A stretch of 64,000 bases of DNA from contig OZ281494.1 in assembly GCA_965637545.1 (NCBI GenBank), forward strand, positions 6,572,001-6,636,000, written 5' to 3'. This DNA is from Phallusia mammillata. Lineage: Eukaryota. A program made the translations under genes and the position numbers. Position 1 is the stretch's first letter; the number at the start of each line of letters is the position of its first letter. The notes under the pieces were generated by a model. That model was not told the origin of the DNA. It did no database searches and was given only the letters and a program-made list of their open reading frames with translations. This document shows positions 24,851-36,403 of this stretch, one piece after another.

Positions 24851-25082
24851 CACTAGAAGAACCGGTGTGTTGTAACAACACGCCAATTTTGAAGCCGTAT
24901 ACAACACACGACACACCACGCCGTGTTGTCAGGTGGTGTGTTGTTCGTCCCGTGCGGCGTGTCGTTTAGCGAATACACATCGATTATCGCGGTAACAACA
25001 CACCTGCCGTGTTCTTAAAACACACCGTTAGTGTGGTTGAAACACACCGGCGTGTTGAAACAACACACTGTTTTTTCTAGTG
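24851..25082. mobile_element. CACTA/EnSpm-type MITE, 232 bp
   Basis: Ends CACTAGAA...TTCTAGTG with an imperfect TIR of about 34 bp; 2-bp TG flanking duplication; many GTGTTG/CAACAC subterminal repeats. Confidence 0.85.
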
Positions 25083-25554
25083 TGTTATGTCATGTTTGCG
25101 TTAGTACTTTACTGCGTTTTGTAATTGATGAGGTTGGAAAAGAAGTAGGTTGTTAACAAAATCTATACGCAAAATCTTTATGTAACAGTCCAACTAAAGC
25201 GTTTAAACTAAACCTATTTATTTTTTATCCTACAGACGACATTATCAAAAAGTATAGTAAAATATTTTTTCTGTGCCTTGTGTTGGTGGTTGCACTGCTT
25301 ATTCTGTGTATTGTGTTCCTCGTCACAACTAACGTGGAGCTAAGGTACGTGTTTACCACAGTAGATTGTTTATTACCTTAGATTTGAATACTCGAAAATA
25401 TCTAAACCAAAAATTGATTGATAGCTGTAATGCTGTCATAGCAAAGACCACTATCAATAAGTTTATGTGTTAGTGTTGCAGAAGGTCACGACAATAGTTG
25501 AAGATTTATTTGTGTCAAAATATAAATTACTACATCCTTTGAACTTCGACCCAT

Positions 25555-25662
25555 TTTTTCACGGGGTTCGAACCCATGACACTCCCGGGGACGAATGACG
25601 ATGAAGGCTTTTTATGTCTGTATGTGGGTCAGGCGCGCCAGACCATTCGGCCAAGTTCCAGC
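25555..25662 (-). pseudogene. tRNA-derived relic (SINE head or tRNA pseudogene, Leu/Ser-like)
   Basis: A-box TGGCCGAATGG and T-arm ATGGG-TTCGAAC-CCCGT on the minus strand. The acceptor and anticodon stems do not form properly. Confidence 0.5.
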
Positions 25663-27117
25663 CCTATGCCCCATTTGCATCTGAGCTCAGCTAGCTTCTC
25701 ACACTGCGCTATGGCACCCTCTTCTGGGTGTTTGTAAACCTAGTTGAAACATGCTTTTTTGTTAAAAAAGTGAGGTGTAGTGAAAGAATTAAACGCACTC
25801 TTCTCAACAATATTTTACTTACTATCGGGTAAACTATTTTGAAGAAAGTCAGAAATTAACTGAAAATGTGATTTGTTGGATTCAGAAAACTGTAAAAAGT
25901 GAACAAGTTGAAAAAAGATCAAGATCTCTTTCTTACCTCCGTTTCGCCTTGGACGGAAAGTTTCAGAAACCGAAACATTCAACCCTCAAACAATTCCCTT
26001 GATTCTTGAACGCATCTACAGCATTAGCTGTGTAATACTCGGCAGTATATCATCTTACCTGAAGCAGATGTATTTCTTTAGAAAAGTAGAAGGCTAACCA
26101 AGCTTGTTTGGCATTAACCGTCTTATGCAGACCATTTGTGCAATATTTGAAAAATGCTCAAATAACTTGCTGTTGTAGACGAGTGTGAAGTAGAATGTAA
26201 AATCACAATTTGCGGTCTGCTAAAGATTTATTCTGGCTATGCCAGTGGAGGAGACGTACCCTGCTATTAAATACGTCTAATTCTATTTTGCAACACACTG
26301 CATCATGTAAAAAGTTACATGTTGCTTACTATCGTATATTTAACTCAAAATCGAAACAAGGACGGCAAATGTATGTGAAATTGATATTTTAAAATCAGTT
26401 CAGTTTGATTTTAAATATTATTTTCAACGAAGCCTATTGGAGTCAATATTATCTTTCGAAAATAAGATTTGTTGGTTTTCAACGGAAATGAAAGTGATTT
26501 ATCCACCATAGCTAACTTACTGCGGACAAGAGTTTTTAGCGCAACCGCTTTGTTTTTACAAAGTTATGTCGTCTTTAGCTCAGCTATAAACTTCTTCTAC
26601 CCAGTGTAACTCGTTGGTTTATCTAAACTGACACCATTCAGTCGTTGACTGCTTATCGAGGATAAAAGTGAAACTAATAAACAATTATGTAGCGTGTAGC
26701 GAATCCACCCTCGATCGATATTTCGCATCTGCTACACCAAATAAATCATATTTCATAAGACACAGTTTTAGTTGTCTCGTAACTTTGTTAAAACGCAATG
26801 AGGTTGGTGCATTTTGTCAGTTTGTGTGTCTCGTTTCGATTGAACATTACATTTGAGGACAGAACAATAAAACATGCTGTGGATAATAACAATTTTTAAA
26901 GCATGTTTGTTTGCTTGCGTTCCCTAAATATATTTATTCGGACGATACCTTAATGTGTTTGTTTTTATTTTTCGCCAAAACTGAAACCGATTTTGTTGAT
27001 GGTCGGTGGTGACCTGTTAACAATGCAGGATGCTTTCTGTTTTACAGCAAATCTGTCATATATAATTTTATGTTACCTTTGGAAAGGTATTTTCAGGGAT
27101 ACAGTCTAATCAATGAA

Positions 27118-29643
27118 ATGTGCAACAGTTTGCTGATCTCGATAATACTATGTATAGTTTTGGGTAAGTTCTTTGAATTTTGCCCAGGAAATATCAATAT
27201 ATATATATATGTTACTTAACATAAAGCAAAGTAGCCTACTAGAAGCTTATGAATTGTCATTTCAGTATAGTTTATACATGTCTAATGCTACAATTTATGG
27301 TTCGCAAACTTACCTCTGGATAAATGTGTTTCTTGTATTTCTTAAGCTGATTCCAGTGATGAATTAGAAAAGCGACACGATTACATTACTTGGGAAAATC
27401 AAGATGAAACGATCTGGACATTTAAACACAACTTGTCGGAAAATATGCTTTCATTGCTAATTATCAGAGCTAATAACGTCAAAATTTTGCTTCCTGGTGG
27501 TAATAGTTAGTATTTTGTGGTAGTAAATAAATACAATGTTTCTAAAAAACAAAAAAAAAACGCAAAATTTTAACGTGGGCTAATTTACGATCAAGTAGTA
27601 ATAAATCTGTTTTAGTTTAATTTATGTTGAAAATTACATAACAGGTGTTTGGCACTTGACTCAATAAGGTTTAAACATTCGGTAACAACTGACTTGAATC
27701 CGTTTCGATTATATCAGAAAAAAAAGTAGGAATTTCAAAGACTACAAAAAACATTTTATTCTTCAATATAACATTGTTACAAAAAAATAGGACGCAAAGA
27801 TGAAAAGTTAACGTTTTTGTGTTTAATAAGTTCATTTAATGAAGGTATCTATTGCACCTAACTACAATTAAGTTATAAAACTCGGGTTCGGGTCTGGTTA
27901 CGGATTTTAAAATTGGGCCTTCTGACAACTTTCGGTTTGAGCTCATGTTAAAACAGAAAACAAATGAACAGGAAATCGCTGAGTAAACAATCGTGATCAT
28001 GTTAAGAGCTTACACGGGCTTTACTGCGGGTTATGTAAACGTTGTTCTTGTTTTACCAAGCTGTGACAAAACTAATAAATCATGTTTCTTTAAGGCAGGA
28101 GCTACACGTCTAATATTGATGGAACAGATTACTGGTGTGGAGTTTTTGTTTATCCCAACAATTCTGGTGCAGGATCTTGTCGCGCAAATGTCACTTATTC
28201 CGATGTTTGCGAAAATCCTTCGACGGCTAGTTTGCCATGGCCTCCACAACTTGAAGTTCAAAAAATTAAGCTATATAGGCCATCTACCATACTATATAGC
28301 TATGCTTGGTTGAATTGCAAAGAAAAGGCTAATCCACCTAAAGCTTCAACAGCAGCTGCCGTTACGACGCCTGTAGAAGGTATGGAGTCAAGCAATTCAC
28401 GTAACTTATATTTTTAAGACCTCACATCGTTTTTGCTGCAGAACATAAAACTACACAATCAGATACAACTGTTCCTAGCTTTTCCACGCAAACATCCAGA
28501 ACATCAAAACCCCAATCGCAAGGTGGTTTTACAAACACAGGTTGGTCACAAACTACGTTATCTGTAGGAATAAATACCTGATTTAAAAATGAGCCTACAG
28601 TTATGTTTGTTATCCAATGCCTTGTTTATCTGCCTTTACCCCTTTGCGGTACTTGTTTTGTTGGTATAGGCTATTGTGCGATCGTGCGATAAAAATGCAA
28701 AGTATCGTTTAAATCAGATCAGATTTGATTGAATAAATATAGTTGAATTGGGCGGCTCTGGAGTTACTCAAAACACTGATCGTGGTCAGTTACAATAATT
28801 GACATAAATATTAAATGTGTTTGTAGACTTTGTTACGCCGAGTACCAGCACAGAAGACACAGTGATAAGTGATGAAAAGCTAACTAAAAATGGGATTACA
28901 ACAATAATTCTGGCAGTTGCTTTGGTGATAAGTCTTGCAGCACTGGGAATGACCTCAATCTATCTGTACAGGTGAATCATATCTGTAAATATCAATCGAT
29001 TAAAACACAGATCACAATCTCCAAACGTAAGCAAACATAAAAAAGTATTAAAATACATTTGGCAAACAGCAGCGCAAATCAATCAAATGTTTTATTTGCT
29101 CACATATTAACATAAGGATTATCACATCAGACATTTTTTTCTCAGCACTGCTGCTTAATTCAAGTGTTTTTTTTTCCTTTTCAATCAAGTTTAAACCCAG
29201 CGTGGATAGTTTGGATGTGTCTGTATGGTTTAAGCCCCTTTTAAGTTTTGGTGCAAAGTCCTTTCTCTGTTTACTGTCAAAACATTTTCTTCTTTCTGAC
29301 TTATGACTGTATAAGATATGTATTTGCCACATAAGTATGTCAAACGGGAGGAGTAAAATGTGAACAAAACATTTTTTGCCCTGTGCTATTAAATACTTAA
29401 ACAACCTAATTTCTCGTCCGTACAATCTCCACAAACTTATCGTCTTAAATTTAACAGTTGGTATTTTCATTCAGATTTTGTAAAGAGGAGAGATCCAATC
29501 TAAGTAGTAAAGATCACAAGCAAGTGATCACTAATGATTGTAAACAACACCAAGAAAAAGAGAGCGCTTGTTCAGCAGGAGAAATGGTCAACAACGTATT
29601 GTACGATTCATACCAGGGTTCAACTGATATCTCTAATTACTAA
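27118..29643 (+). CDS. X11: apparently intact divergent WPP-family receptor
   Basis: MCNSLLISIILCIVL|gtaag; exon ending KILLPG|; exon YWCGVF..SC..VC..LPWPPQL..YSYAWLNC; stalk exons; TM ITTIILAVALVISLAALGMTSIYLY; tail ending EMVNNVLYDSYQGSTDISNY*. Confidence 0.8.
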
Positions 29644-30157
29644 CTATACTTGTGTTTAATTCGGTGCACCTCTGCTGCCTTCGAATAAAATCACTTTATC
29701 ATATCTATATGTACAAAGTTTACACACATTTCATAGTTATTTGCTGAAAATTGCAAATAAAAAAAAACCTTCGGCATAAAAATGTTTTTTATGTACATTA
29801 ATAAAAGAGATGCAAATTCTTGATGCTGCAGTGATGCTCAACAAAACTGTCAGTTGATTTATATTGTTTGCCGAATCCATGTCGATGAGAGCAATAACAC
29901 AAAACGAACTTTATCGCAGCAAAGCTAGTTTGCAAAACCGGACGATATACTATTATGAAACATTGTTAACATTTACCGATTTTGTTGCGTGTCATTACAA
30001 ATGAACCTGGAAAAAACGTAGTGATGTAACTCGTAAAAACGACACAATAACTATAATTATTTAATGACGATATAAATATATTAGGAACTTACAATGGCAA
30101 TATCAGTTATGCCGTAGTCAAACATAGAAAATAATAAAAGCACGTGACAAAAAGGAA

Positions 30158-31747
30158 ATGGTAGCAGGCGTTATAAGGCTTGTCCTTTTTATTTGGCTTT
30201 GTATTTCTTTACTGTCGGGTGAATAGGCTGAGCTCTCCAGTTAAAAACATGAAGGTTGGATGTCTTTAACTTCTTGTTGTGATTCTGGTTTCGTATGCAT
30301 CACAGACTCTTGCCAATTGTGACGCTGAAAAGGGTAAGACGAATGTTATTGTGGTAATTGGACACCTTACTATTTGAACCTTTCATTTTTGCAGAAGAAA
30401 ACGTAAAACTTAAACAACAGATTGTACATGTTAACACACTTGTGAAAGTCATCAAAAGTAAACCAAGAACCGAAGTGATAGGTAAAAGTCAGAGTACTTA
30501 CTAACTTTCACTTAACAAGTCAAATAAATTATTTTTACTTTTCAGATTATCCAGCTGATCAATATTACTTTGAGCCTGACCCCACTGGCAAGGCCATACC
30601 TGAATTGAGATATCTCCTTCCTTTTTTGTTGCCAAAACAGAGTTTTACAGCATGCTTTTGGCTTGTCTTGATGAGTATGTCAGGTCCAGCTCCGATCGTC
30701 AGGATTACTGACTCAACGGGAAAATGAACCATTTTGTTCTCCAAATTGATCCTTCAGTTGGTATATTTGGCGGATAATTATTGCGGATTGCGAATGATTT
30801 GGAAGAGATCAATGTCCAACTTCCGAAAACTATAAAATTCAACATCCCAGTAAGAGAATGTATGTTGTGTTAATGCGAGCACTAAATATCGCATTACTAA
30901 AAATAACAATGCCAATTTGAGTTAAACTTAAGTGGTATCAATGCTTTAAAAGGCTTACCAGACCACAAATTATTTATTTTAAGAACCATATATGTCTATG
31001 GGCCAATACTACATCTGGAAGCATCGGTGTCGATCTAAACGGGGAAGATTATTGGCAAATGAAGGTTTCAAATCCCGGAGCCCCTGGATCTCAGTCCGCT
31101 GACACAAGCCTACAACTGTTCTTTGGCGGGCGTAATGGAACAGCAATATTTAAGTAAATAATAGCTCCGTAAACTTTTTAAACCTGTTGTAGCGAGGTGT
31201 TTATTCGAGGTACATCGTAATAGAATGACACAACTTGCGAATACGCCGCATAAGACGAGAGTCAGAGAAAGAAGGCAATCTGCCCGGTTCACTGTAGTAT
31301 GAACGCACACGATAACGGTAGTGAGAGAGGCCGCTACATGACCTCCCTCCAGAAACGGACATAATAAAATTAACACATAAAACGCGACGGAGTGCGAATT
31401 TGACGCGTGTGCGTGTGTTGGCCCGAAGGTAAAGTTTCTGGCGGTGAGGCCGCTACACTGTTTTATTTACACATTATTTGTCGGTTTCTAAACATTTGAT
31501 TGTTTAAACTTACACAACATTTATTTGTTGCAGTGGAGCAGTCACGACATTAGTTTTATACGGTCGTCTCCTGAAAAGAATTGAAATGCAGCGAATGATT
31601 TACAACTGTCAACGGCCTGCTGATGATTTAATGTCTACTGACCTGGACAAAGTTCAATTAACAGGAAGTGTAAAATTCTTCACCGAAGAAACATGTATAA
31701 CCAATAATGATATAGAAGGATGGTTTTACCAAGCCATATTATTGTAA
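30158..31747 (+). pseudogene. Pentraxin/LamG-domain pseudogene, paralog of the gene at 33368-35185
   Basis: Signal MVAGVIRLVLFIWLCISLLS; FTACFW; NHICLW..SG; LYGRLLKRIEMQRMIYNCQRPADD; same exon boundaries as the paralog. Frameshift near 30721 and an in-frame TAA shortly after. Confidence 0.8.
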
Positions 31748-33367
31748 AACAAAAATACTGCAATTCACGGTATGCTGTTTTTGGGGTGTTTGTTTTTAAA
31801 ATAAAAAAAGAAACATGAATTTGTTTAAAAGCGTTGTTCTTTGTGTTTTGATGTTTTGGGTAAAAAGTTTTGTTTCTACAATTATTATGCGGTAAAAATA
31901 CAAGGAATATATAAAATTGATGTGAAATGTGTGTTTGCCGTGTTGTAACGTACTAGCATGTTTATAATCCAAACATCATTAATCAGTGATGGTTTATGCC
32001 ACTAGTGTCTGAAGAAAATGAATAAAGTATTGCGAACCTCTTTATTTAGAAAACAAAATGTGGTAGATTGCTGGTTTGTTGGAATAGGAAACAGACCACA
32101 GCTAGGCAAAATTTTCTTGGGGTAAAAACAAACGTTGAATTTTACGAAATTGCTACATGTTTCGGGCAAATGTTTTGCACAGCTAAAAAAAACAATGCCA
32201 GTTTTGTCACATAGATTTATGCCCCCGTCATCGCATCTAAACTGACAAACAGGCTGAACCATTATTTTATGATGCTTTACCCAAGTCTTTATCTTAACAA
32301 AAACTTAAGGTTGCGTGATGTAAGCATCGTATTTTTTGATCTGTAATTATCTTTTTTGCCTACAGTCGGTAGGTTTCTGATGCGAGTTAGCTTTCTGATA
32401 CGAGCCTTTTTACATGGAGCGTTTAGGCGTTTTCGATACGCTTATTCGCTCGGCACAGGTGGTTTAAATACGCTTAGGAAAACTCTTTTGTGAACAAGTA
32501 GGTCAACTTAAAACCATATGTAGTTTTTTTATAATTTGGTGCCGAAAATAACGGGGAAATTTGAGGTTAATGCTGAACAAACGTTCCATACACCAAGTTG
32601 AATATTTAATTAAGTTTTTTCGTCCAACTGGTGCAAAGTTATACAAATTAGTCGTTTTTTATGTATATAACCCACAAATAACTCTAATGAAACAAATTTA
32701 ATAGATTTGTACAGTCATATCAAGGAATTTTTCAATGCGCTACATGGCCTGGAAATGTATACAGTTTCAGTATGTAAAACTTAATACAGTTTTAGTATGT
32801 AAAACTTATGAAGTCAGAGTGATCTATACACTTTGAATGTTTCTTCCAACTATTCCTGAGGGTTTCACAATAAACAAATTTATACAACTGTTCACAATAA
32901 ACAAATTCATACATTTGGTGTGTCTAAACTCGACGTAAACAGCTGCTGCTAACCAATTAATTTAGATTTGTTCGGAAGAATAGACTAACAGTCTAAAAAT
33001 ACTTTAAAATTAACAATTAACCGGCCTTATGTTTGTATATCACTTTACCATAACCACCATATCGTTTTTGCGCAAAGCTGAAAACCTTGAATGTGATTCG
33101 GTTCGGCAGCCATGTAATTTTACGCTTTAGCGAATCGAAATCGTGACGTCACACAATGCGCATCAACGATACGATTCGATTCGCTCATGTAAAAGGTTTT
33201 CAAAGTTTGCTCGTTTATTTTGGCTAAAACACTAGCATACGTCGTCAAGTTGATTTGCATGTGTTTATTTCTAGATGTCTGAGTATATTGCACTTATTTC
33301 CGAAAACATTTCGTCAAAATAAAAACACTACACGAACAAACATTTCCAGCGAAAATAAATCTTAACA

Positions 33368-35185
33368 TCACTCGAAAAGAGTACTTTTAATTTGTTCGTA
33401 GAATAGATAGAGCCATTCAAAGAAGGACTTTTCTCTGCCTGGACATACAACATCGGACCAATATCTGACGTTTCCCAAAAGTTCAACCTTTTTAAGGCTG
33501 GTGAAAAATACATCATCTGTCGGACGTTGACAACTGTAAGCAATCTGTTGTATTTCACTTGTGGTGAGAACACGGTCGTACGCCACAACATTGGAAATGT
33601 AGCCTCTGTAGAAAAAGCAAGAAATGTGTTTCCGGTTTCTTGCAAATAAATTAAATTTAATATGAACCAAACAAATTCATGTCTATCAGAAATCCGACCT
33701 CGTTATTATAAAACACCATGTGGGTTCGATTCCCTTTTTCTAAGTATGCCTGGGAGACCGGGCTGACTTGGCATAAAGTCTTCAATGAGCTGGCGTTCTA
33801 TGACATGAAAATGTGGTTCGATAAAACAAGCAAAAGTTTGTATGCAGTGGCAACTTTCATGTGGACGTTTCAACACTTTTACTGGCAAAAACAGCCGTTG
33901 TATATTTAGACTGACTGCATCTGAGCCTGATTACATTGCTGGTAATCTTCCGTAAGTACTTACTTGAAAAAAGCATCATTGTGTGTACCACCCAAAATAA
34001 GATGCTTGTGACTGTTACCATTATGGAACGGGAGGTGCTCCGTTTTGCTGTGCTCGATTACATGACCGTTCAGAAATGTCGCAACAATTGCCGTTGAGGG
34101 ATCATGGTAGACACAAACTTGATACTAAACAACAAAGCATATAGTTGTAGGTAAAAGCGTTAACTAATTGCACATTGCAATGATAAGTTTGTAGCCGTGT
34201 GCAATGTCTTTGCATACACATGATCAAACCTAACTTGGATAAAATAAATTGGGATACAAGTTTTTAGTGTACAGTGATAATTTTACCATAAGAATCACAT
34301 ATACAAAGATATGCTAGAAATTTAAGTTCAACATTAACGACAAACATAAAATAACTTGTACTGGTAAAATAAGGATAAAACTTACATTACTTTATAATGA
34401 CTTAATTGTAGTTTACTTTACAACCAGGTTGGGACATGAACAAATTAGCGACAACTTATTGCAGAAATTAGCTTACCGGGTAAGACAATTGCAGCTTCAA
34501 AGGATAAACAAAGACTCTGCCTCCCGCCGAAACTCGGATATTTGCAGGAGGAAACGTCTCGACCACAAAATTGTTGGCAGAGTTAGTGATATCGATAAGT
34601 CTGAATATAGGAGTTATGGCCGAAAGATCGCTAAACTGGGCCCAGAAACAAACTGTAAAATCTTGCTTCAAGTCAGGAAGCACATCCAGATACATGATCA
34701 TAGTTCTATTGTTGGTGTTGTTGGGAAAGATAAATAAGTCGTTTGGAAACTCTGGTAGAAAAAGAGATGTTTTACTGTATGAAACAAATTTGCCACATTG
34801 AATACATTACTTGTGGTTGGTTTGTCTGGTTCGGTTGTCAACACTTTTATAACCTCGCCTAAATCTGCAACAGCGGCTGAAATACAAAACGTTTGTTGCT
34901 AAAATCTACTGCAACGATGCCAATGTATTATGTTGTTGATAACAAAAACCCAATGGTGTTGATGAAAACTAGGTACAAACTGAACCACTCGGAAAGAAAC
35001 TTGATTATTAAGAAGAAGGCGCTGCTAAATTATCTACCTGTGATAAAGCAACAAAATCGTGAATAAATACAAACAAAATTCTGACACATACCTTTTTCCG
35101 ACACACATTGTTGATTATCTGCCCCAAGAACAAACGAACCAAGTAACACGACCAATAGTGCTGTGAGAATGTGTGTTTTCATCAT
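33368..35185 (-). CDS. Secreted pentraxin/LamG-domain protein
   Basis: MMKTHILTALLVVLLGSFVLG signal; exons ..QDFTVCFWAQF..| YQVCVYHDPSTAIVATFLNG..LILGG..| GYISNVVAYDRVLTTSEIQQIAYSC, which follow pentraxin strand order. Splice phases are consistent and there are no stops. Confidence 0.85.
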
Positions 35186-35258
35186 GTTAGAGTCAAAACC
35201 TGCTTATAGTGAGGGTGACAAGAGTCAAATGAAGTTGTTTAAAGAAATATTTGCCTTG

Positions 35259-35560
35259 CAATGAAACCAGATGTTTCTTATTTGCGCGTGGTTTCTGCAA
35301 AATGATCTGTCAGCAAAACTTGAGGTTTCTGGCGCCTACGCGATTATCCGACCATTGTTTTATTTTTGTTGCGTTTTTTCATATTTTCCATGCAAAAGCC
35401 TGCGGTGGATGCCAAAATTGTTTCCAAATTATCTGCGTTGCAATGAAGCCAGCTGTTTCTTATTCACGTTTGATTGCTTTGTGCAAAAAGATCTGTCTGC
35501 AAAGCTTTAGGTTTCTGGCGCCTACGTTTCCCAATCATTGTTTAATTTTTTGTTGCATCT
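35259..35560. repeat. Diverged tandem dimer (about 180 bp period) upstream of the pentraxin gene
   Basis: caatgaa(a/g)ccag(a/c)tgtttctta...ggtttctggcgcctacg occurs twice. Confidence 0.75.
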
Positions 35561-36142
35561 GCTTCTTCGATGCATGAACAACCAGCAGAAAAAATCGCTA
35601 CGATGTGTTAACATTTGTCTGGAAACGTTTTCAATTCAAATACGCGAAAAAAGCTGATACATCACGTGATGCATGTTTGTCATCAAATCCAAAAACTTTT
35701 AAACAAAGTGGTTGTTTAAAAATCTGCACTTTAACGTTATTTTATTTGTGTATGCTTTTGTTTGAACCTTGCCGTTTCTTTACAGCGACAACTCAACCCG
35801 CCAATTTGTGGCGTAGCTTGTTCTTCAGCTTGTAGACTTATGTTTTTTATCTAAAAAAAGTTTTTTTTTACTTGAACAAAAGTAAAACCTCAAATTATTG
35901 TCCATCTTAATCCTTAAAAATAAATAGTGGCCGTCCTAATAGCTTTAACAAAAACAATAGTGGAAAACTGTCGGTTTGTCTTAACCTTAATTTTCGTTTT
36001 CTTCAGTTCGCTTTTTTGTTTTTGTATTGTCGCTGTTATTTTTACAACACTAAAAGAAGAAAACCTAAAAAATGAAGCGACCGATTCAAAGTTGGTCGTA
36101 TGGTCTGAGCTGTTTAATTTGTGTGGGATCTACAGTGTATAT

Positions 36143-36403
36143 CAGTGGTTCTCAACTGGTGGTCCATGGACGTCCACTAATTAAGTGATAGAGATGATTG
36201 CATATTACATGTTGGAGGAGTATTCAAATTTTAGCTGTGACTAATTGTATCTCACTTGTTGAAAGACGGTTTCAAGGAATTTGTTTCAAGCCCAATAGGT
36301 TGTTTCGTATGTGAACTTCAAACTTGATCAAAAATGAAATGGTCCACAAAGTTATTTTTAATGAGCCGGTGGTTCATGGCCTGAAATAGGTTGAGAACCA
36401 CTG
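36143..36403. mobile_element. hAT MITE, 261 bp
   Basis: Perfect TIRs CAGTGGTTCTCAAC / GTTGAGAACCACTG; degenerate 8-bp TSD gtgtatat / gtctctat (6/8). Confidence 0.85.

Larger units (their letters stand above)
22607..25344 (+). pseudogene. X10: divergent family member with in-frame TAA in the first domain exon; first and last exons unresolved
   Basis: ..CPGNIVGR*GTLSN..CTWNF..FPD| with TAA at 22666-22668; second exon FCGSY..C..C..SISWPSILNTEF; Thr-rich ORF 23749-23955; TM exon IFFLCLVLVVALLILCIVFLV ending at 25344. Confidence 0.75.

Noticed and set aside
25886-26000. Candidate X10 cytoplasmic exon containing LSYLRF
   Set aside because: The open frame is phase 0 but the TM exon ends in phase 2, which gives RKL*, so the tail cannot be assigned.
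33070-33210. Imperfect inverted repeat around a TGACGTCA
   Set aside because: It may be a decayed palindromic MITE, but the termini and TSD could not be defined.
33718-33909. 63-aa Trp-rich plus-strand ORF with a GGTTCGATTCC B-box-like motif inside a pentraxin intron
   Set aside because: It has no homologous copy, A-box, cloverleaf or domain signal, so I cannot support it as a gene or tRNA.
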